The notes: generated by a model not told the origin, from the sequence alone. 64,000 nucleotides of DNA from an uncultured candidate division Zixibacteria bacterium (GCA_963801605.1 CAWDFP010000008.1:1-64000); one strand, 5' to 3'; counted from the stretch's first letter, positions 22,560 through 32,843 are shown. Numbers and translations are program-made.

Positions 22560-23059
22560 CAAGAATCCTTTTTGAGGGAATCGGAAAACCAATTATGCTA
22601 TTGACGATCTTTCTCAGTATCTCGTCCAATTCGAGATAAGTCTGATTATACTCATCGAGAGTGCCGCCGATTGGGTCCTGAACTTTTTCCTGTGTTGCGG
22701 AGTAAGGAGCTGGAAAAGCCTTTATCAGGTAGGTCTTTCGAAAAGCATCCGAATTCCGTCTGATTATAGCCTCGACATGTTCCGGGGCCATAGCCAAAAT
22801 CAGATCGGCCCGTTCAACAAGATTGCCGGTCAGCTGCCGAGCCAAATGACCGGTAATATCGACTGCCCCAGTTTTTGGCGGCCTCGATGGCAAAAGGGGT
22901 AGCCTGCATCCCGTTCAAAGCACCGATTCCGGCGGAACTGACGTGGATGTTTTCTATTCCTCTTTCCTTGAAAATGGACTTTAAAATACCCTCGGCCATC
23001 GGCGAACGGCAGGTATTACCGGTACAAACTATCAGAATTTTATATTCGGGATTACTCAA
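22522..23059 (-). CDS. ywlE: Low-molecular-weight protein arginine/tyrosine phosphatase, YwlE-like (frameshift ~22870; 3' end uncertain)
   Basis: VCTGNTCRSPMAEG, SAG, ADLILAM, DPIGG; follows tsaC. Confidence 0.8.
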
Positions 23060-23660
23060 ATTTATCTCCAACTACGCTGCTGATCTCATCACGAGTTATT
23101 GCTCCTTCACGCATAATCCTGAGTATTCCGCCCTCGATTTTCACCACTGTCGATGGCAAACCGATCGGTTTTACCTCGTAATCAATGACATGATCGACCT
23201 GCTTCCGAAGCGAATCGCTAATATCTTCCAGACGCTCCGGCGCCGGACGGCCATGAGGATTGGCGCTGGTGGCGGCAATCGGGACGCCGACCAAATCTAT
23301 TATTTTACGCAGGAAATCGGCATCCGGCATTCGCAAACCCAAAGTATTAGCCTCGCCGCTACAGGGAAAAGGAACTTCGGATGTCATGACTATGGTCAGC
23401 GCTCCGGGCCAAAAATGATCCATTAGCAAATTGGCCAGGCGGCTTCTGCGGACCTTCAGGATCTCCAACTGCTTTTGATCGGAAATCAGGACAGCCAGAG
23501 GATTGCGGTCCATAATACCTTTAATCTTGCGGATTTTCGCAATCCCCTCAGTCGAATCGAATCGACATCCCAAGCCGACCACGGTATCGGTGGGAAATAG
23601 CACAACTTCATCGCCCTTAAAAAAGTTTGCGTAATTTTTCAGTTCGGGGGTGTTAGCCAC
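23052..23660 (-). CDS. tsaC: L-threonylcarbamoyladenylate synthase
   Basis: FPTDTVVGLG, FWPGALT, GLRMPD, ATSAN, PSTVV, REGAI. Confidence 0.93.
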   Translation of the reverse strand: MANTPELKNYANFFKGDEVVLFPTDTVVGLGCRFDSTEGIAKIRKIKGIMDRNPLAVLISDQKQLEILKVRRSRLANLLMDHFWPGALTIVMTSEVPFPCSGEANTLGLRMPDADFLRKIIDLVGVPIAATSANPHGRPAPERLEDISDSLRKQVDHVIDYEVKPIGLPSTVVKIEGGILRIMREGAITRDEISSVVGDKFE

Positions 23661-23685
23661 AATTCCTCATCTTCTTAGCATATTG

Positions 23686-24175
23686 TTATTTCCTGATTCG
23701 CACCAGCCAGGCCTGCGGGAAACCCATATCGTTAACCTTCTTTAGTAATTCCTCGGCCTGTTCGAAATCGGAGCTTCTTCCAACGCATACCCTGTAATAC
23801 GGAGCCTGATAATCTATTCTTATCTCGTCACTTGCAAATTGCGACGATACCGAATTTTTAAATTCTTTGGCCTCGGTGTTTGATTTACTGGCAAAAATCT
23901 GAACGGAAAAGTACTGGCCGGTTTGCTTTGGCTCGACTCTGTTTCCCCGGAAAATATTGAACGGTGTTATCTTCATTGGACTCTTTTGCCTCAGGAACAT
24001 CGGAGGTAATAACAACATCGTCGTTCTGGCCATTAAGCGGATCAAAGTTAGTCTCCGCTAAGGTGCGCTTATCAGCGTTTTCGCCAGGCCTGAGCCGTTT
24101 GGCCCCTGCTCCGCAGGCAATAAAAAGCAACAACAGAACGCCAGTTATGCCAATAATTCTAAAGGTACTTTTCAT
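23686..24175 (-). CDS. SPOR-domain lipoprotein (frameshift ~23960)
   Basis: Lipobox LFIAC; C-terminal FSVQIFAS, PYYRVCVG, GFPQAWLV. Confidence 0.78.
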
Positions 24176-25238
24176 GGTTCTTATCGGCGGCTATCTTTGC
24201 CAGCAACTCTTTAATATCGCCAACGCGGGTTTTATGAGCGACCATTATAATTTCGCCGGCTTTGACAATCACCAGATCGCTTAAACCCAGTCCTACGATT
24301 ACTCCATCATCGCTATTGACTACGGTATTTTCGTAGCAGGTATCGAGAAGCACGTTGCCAATAGCCACGTTATTGTGCCTGTCGTGCTCACGGATTCGCT
24401 CCAGCGCCAGCCAGGAACCGACATCATCCCATTTCAATTCGCCTTTCATAGTCAGGACGTTGGGGGCATTTTCCAGAACGGCGAAGTCTATTGAAATACT
24501 GCTGCAATCTCGATAAAGTTTCTCGCGGGCCTGAGGTTCGTCTGATTTTCCAATACTTTTCTGGTAAACTTTGAGGCAATCGAAAATACCAGGCACAAAA
24601 CGTTCAATCGACTCTAAAATGGCATCTGCTCTCCAGATAAACATGCCGGAGTTCCAAAGATGGCCTCTGTCGAGATAATATTCCTGGGCTTTGGTAGGAC
24701 TCGGTTTTTCCTTGAATTGTTTTACATGAAAGAAATCGATACCGCCATGATTTCCATATTTTTCTCCAAGCTCGATATAACCGTAAGCTGTTTCGGCCCT
24801 GGTAGGCACCACGCCGATCGTAATCAGGTATTTATCCTTTGAGGCTTGATCTACTCCGGCTTTAAGGAGCGAAACAAGCTTATCGGTTGGAGTAATAAGA
24901 TGATCCGATGAAAGGATCACCATAACGGCATCGGGGTCCTTATGCTTAAGATGAGCCGCGGCCCATCCGATTGCCAGACAGGTGTTTCGGCCCTCGGGTT
25001 CAAGCAGCAGATTATCATCGGACAACCCGGGGACAGCCGCCAGAATCTTATCTTTCAAATACATTCCGGTAACTACCTGAATCCGTTCCCTGGGAATGAA
25101 ACCGTCGAGACGCTCAACAGTCTCCAGTATCATCGTTTTATCCGATGTAAGCTTCAGGAGTTGCTTGGGATTTTCCTGCCGGGATAAAGGCCAAAATCTT
25201 TCTCCTCGACCGCCTGCCAGGATTACGCCATAATTCAT
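24159..25238 (-). CDS. manC: Mannose-1-phosphate guanylyltransferase
   Basis: ILAGGRGERFWPLSR, EPEGRNT, FKEKP, WNSGMF, SIDFAVLE, WDDVGSW. Confidence 0.93.
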   Translation of the reverse strand: MNYGVILAGGRGERFWPLSRQENPKQLLKLTSDKTMILETVERLDGFIPRERIQVVTGMYLKDKILAAVPGLSDDNLLLEPEGRNTCLAIGWAAAHLKHKDPDAVMVILSSDHLITPTDKLVSLLKAGVDQASKDKYLITIGVVPTRAETAYGYIELGEKYGNHGGIDFFHVKQFKEKPSPTKAQEYYLDRGHLWNSGMFIWRADAILESIERFVPGIFDCLKVYQKSIGKSDEPQAREKLYRDCSSISIDFAVLENAPNVLTMKGELKWDDVGSWLALERIREHDRHNNVAIGNVLLDTCYENTVVNSDDGVIVGLGLSDLVIVKAGEIIMVAHKTRVGDIKELLAKIAADKNHEKYL

Positions 25239-26989
25239 TAGCGCCCCTTTCCTAACTTACTTGAAATAGGCTCGGATTTTTGAGTGAATAAATATCGTTT
25301 GATCTTTTTAGTGGAGGTTTTCTCAAATTCATCCTCGCGAATTTTTATGTACTTTACTTTTTTAAATTCAGCCAGGCCGGAGCTCAAACGGAAAACCTCG
25401 GACTTAATTATTTTTTCGACTTCCTCGGTGGAGTAATTTTGGCCATTCTCGGCGCCCAGGCTGTTAAAATATTCATAATCGGGTACGATAATAGCCTCAA
25501 TTTCCTCACCACGCATTCCTTCACCCTCGAGAGGACGACCCAAAACCAGCGATTCAAGTATATAGGGAGATTTATTCAATTCACCTTCGATTTCTTCGGG
25601 ATAGACGTTTTTACCCGCGGGAGTAACGATTACATTTTTTACCCGGCCCGCGATATAATAATAGCCATCCTCATCGACCCAGCCGGAATCGCCGGTATAG
25701 AGCCAACCGTCTTTGAGGATTTCGGCGGTGGCTGACGGGTTATTGTAATACCCGATCATCACCATCGGGCCGCGGGCGATAATCTGGCCGATTCCCCGGC
25801 TATCGGGATCGACGATTTTGAGTTCCGCGCCGGGAATGGGCATCCCGATAGATGCGTCCTTGCCTTTCGCTTCAATAGGACATAACGTCAAAACCGGGGC
25901 CGCCTCGCTGAGACCATATCCTTGCATAAAGCAAAAGCCCAATAACTTGAATGCTCTGGTTACCTCAGGAGGTATCGGGGCGCCGCCGGTAATCAGGAGC
26001 CTCAGGCTGATGAGTCCAGCTTTATCCCTGAGGCCTTTGAAGATGCGTTTGCCGGGATTATCTATGAATGTTGATGCTAATAATTTGCTTAAAGCATAAG
26101 TCGCATTGAACATGACTCTGGTAAACGGCGGCTTCTTGGCGATAGCCTTGAAAATCCCGTCATGCATTTTTTCAAAAAGCAGCGGTACGCCCAACAAGAT
26201 AGTAGCCTTGTTGCTGTTGATATCCTCGATAATGAGTTTGGAGGCCAGACCTCGGGCATAAGCTATGCAGGAGCCTGCCGCCAGCGGCGTTAAAAAACCG
26301 CACGTACATTCAAAAGCGTGATGGATTGGCAGAACCGATAGAAAAGTATCATCGTCTTTGATTTCGATCAAAGCTGTCATGCCATCGATATCGGATACTA
26401 TATTTTGATGAGAAAGCAGAACTCCCTTGGCCTGTCCGGTAGTGCCAGAGGTGTATAAGATTGAGGCCGTATCTGTTGGTTTAACATCAGGCAAATTCGT
26501 TTTGGCCGTTTCACCGCGTGATTCAAGTTCAGTCAATGAAATGGCTTTTGCGCCTGGTTCAATGTCATCCATACAAATAACCAACTCAAGACCGGGCAGA
26601 TCATCGAGGAATTGTTCCAACTCGCCCAAAAATGATTTTGAGATAATCAGGATTCTGGCCCCGGAATTCTGGATAATATGGCTCCAGGATGGCGCTTTCA
26701 GGAGAGCGTCGAGAGGAACGTTAATACCTCCTGCGACCAAGACCCCTATATACGAAACGCCCCACTCCGGACGGTTTGTAGAAAGAACAGCAACCTTATC
26801 CCCTTTTTTTAGACCGGAGGCTATTAGCCCCTTACCAATTCGCTCGGCTTTATCGGCGAATTCGGTGAAAGTAATGCCGACAAATTGGCCATCCTGATAG
26901 CTTTTCATGAAGGTTTTTGGCCCGAAAAGCTTACGGCTTTGCTTTAGGACATCAACGAGGCTTTTGCCCTTTAGTGTTACTTTATCCAA
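25238..26989 (-). CDS. Long-chain fatty acid--CoA ligase
   Basis: YTSGTTGQAKG, QGYGLSE, TGD, GKNVYPEEIE, KTSTKKIKR. Confidence 0.9.
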   Translation of the reverse strand: MDKVTLKGKSLVDVLKQSRKLFGPKTFMKSYQDGQFVGITFTEFADKAERIGKGLIASGLKKGDKVAVLSTNRPEWGVSYIGVLVAGGINVPLDALLKAPSWSHIIQNSGARILIISKSFLGELEQFLDDLPGLELVICMDDIEPGAKAISLTELESRGETAKTNLPDVKPTDTASILYTSGTTGQAKGVLLSHQNIVSDIDGMTALIEIKDDDTFLSVLPIHHAFECTCGFLTPLAAGSCIAYARGLASKLIIEDINSNKATILLGVPLLFEKMHDGIFKAIAKKPPFTRVMFNATYALSKLLASTFIDNPGKRIFKGLRDKAGLISLRLLITGGAPIPPEVTRAFKLLGFCFMQGYGLSEAAPVLTLCPIEAKGKDASIGMPIPGAELKIVDPDSRGIGQIIARGPMVMIGYYNNPSATAEILKDGWLYTGDSGWVDEDGYYYIAGRVKNVIVTPAGKNVYPEEIEGELNKSPYILESLVLGRPLEGEGMRGEEIEAIIVPDYEYFNSLGAENGQNYSTEEVEKIIKSEVFRLSSGLAEFKKVKYIKIREDEFEKTSTKKIKRYLFTQKSEPISSKLGKGR

Positions 26990-27078
26990 GGTTCTCCTTT
27001 CATCTAAAAGGACTTAGAATATATGATTAATGACGATTTATTGCAAGTTTGAAGATAACCAGGATATAAAGGATAAAA

Positions 27079-27110
27079 TAAAAAAACCGGGGCTGACTTA
27101 ACCCCGGTTT
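27079..27110 (-). terminator. Intrinsic terminator after the large peptidase gene
   Basis: CCGGGG stem with flanking A/T runs, 19 nt past the stop at 27129. Confidence 0.7.
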
Positions 27111-27128
27111 AGTAGATATTTAAACATT

Positions 27129-30100
27129 CTATCTGGTTTGAGGCAAGACCCTGGGGCTAATATTATGCCCTAAACCCTTATCGAGAATCCCTGACGGCAG
27201 ACAGTCGAGACACGATGTTGGTATGGAACCTCCCTTGAAGAAAGAGACCATAAAGGTTACATCAAGCCCATTGAAGCTGCAACTGTTGTTAACATCACCG
27301 GAGACATACCAGGTATTGCCGGGAGTGCATTCGCAGGAGTACAGAGGCGGAGCACCGCCCTTGAAATATCCAACTCCATAAGTTACATCCAGGCCGTTGA
27401 ATACGCCCGATCCATTAACATCTCCTGTGACATAATCGCAGCCGCCCAGGACTGTTAAATCGACAATTAACGTTTCGGCTAAGACGCCATCCGATGCAAT
27501 TACCTTAAAGGTTGAACTTGAAGAACCCGGATTGGGCGTGCCGGATAAATGCATGCCGCTCGGCTCCATCCAGGTTGGATATTCGGCAAAGCTGATTATT
27601 GGGGTTGTTCCCTCGGGATCGCTGGCGGCAGCCTGATAATCGAATGGCAGGCCGACCGTGGCAGTGTCAGCCGATGGCGATGTAATAACGGGCGGATCGT
27701 TAATATCGATGACATTCAATGAAACCATCAGCGTATCGGCCAACTGGCCATCGGATGCAATTATACCGAAAGATGTATCGGGATAGCTTTCACCCGGAGT
27801 ACCGGAAATGATATGACCCGCAACCGTTAGCCAATGAGGGATGCGGAAAAATGTGATTTGCGGTGTAGTGCCGTCGGGATCAATTGCCGAAGCGGTATAT
27901 TGGAATTGCTCGCGTTCCGTGGCTGTAGCAGTCGCCGCCGATGTTACCTGCGGATAGTGATTATCAAATGTAATCGTCAATGTAACTATCTGCGTATCCG
28001 CGAAGACTCCATCGGATGCGATAATCCTGAAAGTAGAATTGGTGGTTGTGGAATCCGGCGTGCCGGAGATTGTATCACCCACTACACTCAACCAGGCAGC
28101 ATAGTTGCTGAGCGAAATAGTTGGCGTCAGCCCTTCAGGGTCTTGAGCGGTCGCAACGTAGCTGAAATGCTGATCTTCGTGCGCCTCGGCTGTGGACGAC
28201 GAGGTAATCACCGGCGGATCATTAATATCAATGATTGCCACAGCGACAATTTCAGTATCAGCGAGTTGCCCATCGGAGGCAATAACCCAGAATGTGGTAT
28301 CGTGGAAACTTTCGCCGGGCGTACCGAAGATTATGGCGCCAGAGACCTGCAGCCAGGATGGGTAATTGATAAATGAGCAGGTAGGCGTATTATCAGGATC
28401 GGTAGCGGTAGCATGATAGGTAAATAGAATTCGTTCCGTGGCTGTATCCGCTATCGGTGATGTAATTACCGGCGGATCATTGACAGGGATTACAGTAACC
28501 GATACGGTTTGAGTATCGGCCAGGAAACCATCAGAGGCGATAATCCTGAATGTCGTATTTCCATTCCCGTTAAGCGGAGTTCCCTGAATCGTATCACCCA
28601 GGACGCTCATCCACGCAGGATAATTGCTGAAAGCAAGCGTCGGAACTGTCGCGTCGGAATCCGACGCGGTGGCAGTATATCGGAAGAGGATATCCTCAGT
28701 TGCCGACGCCGTGGCAGGCGACGTGATGACCGGCGCGCGATTGCGGCGTTTGAGAACCGGCGAAACATTTGTGGTATCGGCGGCGGTAACGACCACGCTA
28801 TGAATGGTTGTATCGCGGTAATCGGTATGGGTAAATCTGACATTATAGGTTCCTACCGTTCGCTGTGAACTATAATAGCCGTTGACATCAGTGTACATCG
28901 AATCAACCGCGGCAATTATAGGAGTGCTTCCTCCGTTAGCGGGCGCCACCCCGGCGGCATCGATCAGGAGAGCGCCGGTATTAATTCTCACAAAGATATT
29001 CTGAAGAGGCGCTCCGGTTGTATCCCTGACCGTACCGTTTATATAGCCGGGCAATATCACCATCTGCACATTCCTGGTGGTTGTCCCTCCGGCAGTAACG
29101 ACGATTCCCGCGATAGTCGTATCCCGGTAATCGGAATTGGTAAAGCGAAGCGTATAGGTGCTGTCCACAACGTTTGCGAAAGAATAGGCGCCGGACGAGT
29201 TGGTTGTATCCAAACGCGAGCTGCCGACTATTGAGACGAATACGTTGGCAATCGGGTTGGTCGGCGGACTGCTGGGGTAACGGGTTACAGTTCCGGAAAT
29301 CGTTCCGGGTAGCCGCTGCATCACAACGTTCAGGGTAGTAGTATTGCTTGAGGTGATTACTACGCCGCTTATAGTCGTATCCCTCTCCCCGCTTTTTGTG
29401 AATGTTACGTTATAAGTCGCAGGCGGAAGAGACATTGAATACGCACCGCTGGTTGATGTCGTATCATAGAAATTGGTGCCGCCGTTGACCGCATGCACAA
29501 AAGCCTGATTGATTGCGCCGCGGAAATCAGTTACTGTCCCGGAAAGCGTCCCCGGAGGAGTGGTGTTGCAGCGCATTGCGGAAATTACAATATCATCGAT
29601 ATTCCATCCGCAAAATTGCCAGGAGTCATCAGTGGCGCCGATTCCAAATTGGATTTGGAAATTCGGATTATTAGTGGCATAATCGGAAACATCGTAAGAA
29701 TACTGGCTCCAGGCGGATTCATCTATTGTAGTGCCGCCGTTTTCAAAAAGCGTCACCCAGGTACCGCTGGCATTCTTAACCTGGAAATAAGCATGGTCAT
29801 ATATGTTCTGTTCGACCCCCAACCAACGCCAGAAACTAACCGTGATCGCATATCTGCCGGAGAGGTTATAAATCGGTGATGTTACCCAATTGGTCTGTGT
29901 TAAACTGGCAGAATAATCGCCTCCTGTACCGCTGGTGATATCATTTCCCAATAGACGATTATCGCTGGTGGAACTATGATCGGTGGCAGGATCGGGCCCA
30001 CCATAACCGTCGCTACCAGACCCTCCGGTAGCAACCCCGATAGTCCATTCGCCAAGTCCCCCGGTTCCGGTCCAACCTTGATTGGTCGAAAAGTCATCGG

Positions 30101-32162
30101 TAAAGAGGGTATCCCGATCAGCAGTACCGACCTGGGTAGAATAATAAACAGATGGCGCGTTTTGCGGATCAGTTACAAGAGTTCCGGTGGTGGTCAGGGC
30201 GCTGCAATAATAGTGAACGCTTATTCCGCATGTTAATGCCGGGAAAACCGCATCATAGACGTTAGGTGTAACTTGAGTCATATTGGAGGTTAGCCAGCCA
30301 GCGCCTGCGTTATAATGAAGAACGCCGGTATTGGCTTGAGGCGTAGCTCCGATGGCAGTAACTACAACGCGCATCGAGGTGCCGCCGTTGGGACTGATAA
30401 AAGTCGGCCGGCCATTGGGGTAGGCAAAGCTCAAAAGATTAAGCGCCGGGCAATCCATATTATGAGCGGTAAAACCGGCACAGATTTCGGAATGATGAGG
30501 TGTGCCGTTATTGATATTGCCATCGTCATCGTCAAGAGTTAAATAATCGATTGTAATCTGCGGAGTGATTTCGGTGCCGGAATGAAGCGTCATGGCACTG
30601 ATAGCCAATGGGGCCAGAATATCGATATAGTTGGTAGGATGGGTCGCTGCTAAAGCATTGCGGGTACTCCAGACGCAACCGGAGAGCAACTGACCGCAAT
30701 CGTGAATTTCCCCGGAGCAGGGATATTGTAAAGTATTGTCAGCATTACGAAGAGGCACCGCGCATTGTCCGTCGCCATAAAAACCATAAGCAGCGCCAGG
30801 ATCATCGGTGATAAGCAGCCCCATGACATCACCCATACCCTCGCCATATTGCCCCTGTCCGCTTCCGGCACATTCTACAAGGTGATGGCCATATTCATGA
30901 TGCACCACAGTTGAGAAGGCGGTATTTCTATAGCCGCCACCAGAGCGGCAGAAGGTTAACGAAACGCCATCATACCAGGCGTTGCCGGGGCAATAACCGG
31001 TATTATCATTTACATATACCGGGAAATTTGTTTGAGTAGCAACAGTCGGATAATTGGGAACATATTTTAGGGTAAAATCGCGGACAACATTGGCGTGTAA
31101 ATAAGCGTTGACTTCAGCTCGTCTATATTCGGCATTGGCAGGATTATGCTGAAAATTCGCCGGTCCCGGCGGGGTTACCACGCGGGAAATGGTGGTATCG
31201 CTAACCGCCTGGTCATGGGTATAAAACCAATGGCCGCGCACCTGTGATAGCACCGTTACCGATGATGATCCGCTGTTATTGATCGTGAAATTACCGAGAG
31301 AATCGGTAAATGTAGAATCGCCGCCGGATATTTTTACACGGGCCCATTTCAAAGGAGTAGTAACTTCGTTACCGCATTGTTCGGCCAGGAAATTCTCGGT
31401 AGCCAAACCGGTTACCTGCCCGCTGACATTAATATCGACAACTTGATTTTCCTGATAGAGAACTTCACCGGATACAGGATCGATAATATAGAGGTCTCTG
31501 AGTACGGTCGGCTCATTGCCATCATCGGCAATAAACTCGATACCAACTGCAGGATTGACTTTATCATCGATACCCGCCCAGATTACTCTTTGGGGATCGG
31601 TAAATTTGACATATTGCGGATTTTTTATGGCAAAAGCGTCTTGAGCCGCTTTGGGATCAACAGAGGCTTTACCAGCGTCAACAGTAAAATTGCCTAAATC
31701 TTTCAGGGCTGATGCAGCCAGAACAAGCGGGTAGCCTGATTCATTTCGCACCAGAAGCCTTAAATCGGATTTATAAACGGGGATACCGTCTTTATATTGG
31801 GAATAATATACGAGCGTAAATTTGTATTTGCCGTTTTCATACATTAATTGAAGAGTATTACCGTCCTTAACAACATAGCTCACCGGCTGCAGATCACCGG
31901 GATCGACTCCCAGTATTGGCGAATACTGAGTTCTGAATTGCTCAGCGGCATCCTGCGGGCTAATGCCATGTATAAAAGCCTGACCGTAGATTCGTGTTAT
32001 GGTTGAATTCTCACGGTAAAACTGTACTTCCGGATTGGAAGTCAGAAGCTGCTGATAAGCGATCTTTTGGGCATCGGCAGTAGCCCCGCTGGCGACCGAA
32101 ACCAGAGCGAACATCAAAAGCGCAGTAAGCACCACGCTTTTGCCAAGGTAGTAGTTTTTCAT
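27129..32162 (-). CDS. Large secreted M4/M36-like zinc metallopeptidase with beta-sandwich domains, 3 carboxypeptidase-regulatory-like repeats, 5 cadherin/Ig-like repeats and a dockerin-like C-terminus
   Basis: Signal peptide; propeptide-like Q.KDGIPVY; NAWY, HHEYGHH, EGMGD, EIHD; repeats N.PPVITS...IASDG; GDVNGSGVFNGLDVTY / GDVNNSCSFNGLDVTF. Start ATG 32162 or GTG 32174. Confidence 0.85.
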   Translation of the reverse strand: MKNYYLGKSVVLTALLMFALVSVASGATADAQKIAYQQLLTSNPEVQFYRENSTITRIYGQAFIHGISPQDAAEQFRTQYSPILGVDPGDLQPVSYVVKDGNTLQLMYENGKYKFTLVYYSQYKDGIPVYKSDLRLLVRNESGYPLVLAASALKDLGNFTVDAGKASVDPKAAQDAFAIKNPQYVKFTDPQRVIWAGIDDKVNPAVGIEFIADDGNEPTVLRDLYIIDPVSGEVLYQENQVVDINVSGQVTGLATENFLAEQCGNEVTTPLKWARVKISGGDSTFTDSLGNFTINNSGSSSVTVLSQVRGHWFYTHDQAVSDTTISRVVTPPGPANFQHNPANAEYRRAEVNAYLHANVVRDFTLKYVPNYPTVATQTNFPVYVNDNTGYCPGNAWYDGVSLTFCRSGGGYRNTAFSTVVHHEYGHHLVECAGSGQGQYGEGMGDVMGLLITDDPGAAYGFYGDGQCAVPLRNADNTLQYPCSGEIHDCGQLLSGCVWSTRNALAATHPTNYIDILAPLAISAMTLHSGTEITPQITIDYLTLDDDDGNINNGTPHHSEICAGFTAHNMDCPALNLLSFAYPNGRPTFISPNGGTSMRVVVTAIGATPQANTGVLHYNAGAGWLTSNMTQVTPNVYDAVFPALTCGISVHYYCSALTTTGTLVTDPQNAPSVYYSTQVGTADRDTLFTDDFSTNQGWTGTGGLGEWTIGVATGGSGSDGYGGPDPATDHSSTSDNRLLGNDITSGTGGDYSASLTQTNWVTSPIYNLSGRYAITVSFWRWLGVEQNIYDHAYFQVKNASGTWVTLFENGGTTIDESAWSQYSYDVSDYATNNPNFQIQFGIGATDDSWQFCGWNIDDIVISAMRCNTTPPGTLSGTVTDFRGAINQAFVHAVNGGTNFYDTTSTSGAYSMSLPPATYNVTFTKSGERDTTISGVVITSSNTTTLNVVMQRLPGTISGTVTRYPSSPPTNPIANVFVSIVGSSRLDTTNSSGAYSFANVVDSTYTLRFTNSDYRDTTIAGIVVTAGGTTTRNVQMVILPGYINGTVRDTTGAPLQNIFVRINTGALLIDAAGVAPANGGSTPIIAAVDSMYTDVNGYYSSQRTVGTYNVRFTHTDYRDTTIHSVVVTAADTTNVSPVLKRRNRAPVITSPATASATEDILFRYTATASDSDATVPTLAFSNYPAWMSVLGDTIQGTPLNGNGNTTFRIIASDGFLADTQTVSVTVIPVNDPPVITSPIADTATERILFTYHATATDPDNTPTCSFINYPSWLQVSGAIIFGTPGESFHDTTFWVIASDGQLADTEIVAVAIIDINDPPVITSSSTAEAHEDQHFSYVATAQDPEGLTPTISLSNYAAWLSVVGDTISGTPDSTTTNSTFRIIASDGVFADTQIVTLTITFDNHYPQVTSAATATATEREQFQYTASAIDPDGTTPQITFFRIPHWLTVAGHIISGTPGESYPDTSFGIIASDGQLADTLMVSLNVIDINDPPVITSPSADTATVGLPFDYQAAASDPEGTTPIISFAEYPTWMEPSGMHLSGTPNPGSSSSTFKVIASDGVLAETLIVDLTVLGGCDYVTGDVNGSGVFNGLDVTYGVGYFKGGAPPLYSCECTPGNTWYVSGDVNNSCSFNGLDVTFMVSFFKGGSIPTSCLDCLPSGILDKGLGHNISPRVLPQTR

Positions 32163-32557
32163 GAAGCGCTCCACTCAGTTTGCTTATTGGGTATTGTTAT
32201 CCTATTGACCTACCTATAGTTAAATATCCGAACAATATCGCGGGCAAAATTACACCCTTATAGATTTCATCGACCGTTCCAATAAGGATATTTAGGAAAC
32301 GGCAAAATTTTCCGAGAAGACCAAAAGTGTGTTAAGTTCGAATTTTTCAATTCATCAACTCATGAAGACAGCTTCAAGCAGCTAAATAATAACATTATCA
32401 AGTGCTTAAGTCAAGAATTAAGGGTATAAAATGATACTTACCGAATTAATCTTATTCCCCTAAGCCGCCCTATTAAAAATTCAAAATGATTAGAGCCAAT
32501 AAAGGCAAAAAGGATTATTTATGACATGTTCCCGCGTTTTGAGTACCGTCAATTTTA

Positions 32558-32830
32558 TTGGTTGCAGCCATGCAGATCTTCACCCTTCTCGCCTGTCCAT
32601 TCATAAGGCCATTTAGAATATCGCGGCTTTTCTGGACTTACATAATCCCGGCGGCCCCGATCATCGGGTTTCTGGACGGTATAGTATCTTGTTTTAGGAC
32701 TTATTCAATTGAGGAGATGAGGGAATTAGTTAATAAGCTTTCGCCAAATGAATACGAATGGGTCATCGCCAAAAAAAACGCCTTTTTAAGAGTGCCAATT
32801 TTCTTTCTTATAAGATTTCCCAATAATTGA
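32558..32830 (+). pseudogene. C-terminal remnant resembling a class I SAM-methyltransferase family protein
   Basis: PFIRPFRISRLFWTYIIP...DGIVSCFRTYS matches that family's C-terminus from memory; no N-terminal SAM-binding part or RBS. Confidence 0.45.
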
Positions 32831-32843
32831 TAGTGATTTTATC

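Noticed and set aside
32180..32400. c-di-GMP-I riboswitch upstream of the large peptidase
   Set aside because: The GGCAAA-like words lie on the wrong strand and the paired stems could not be built.
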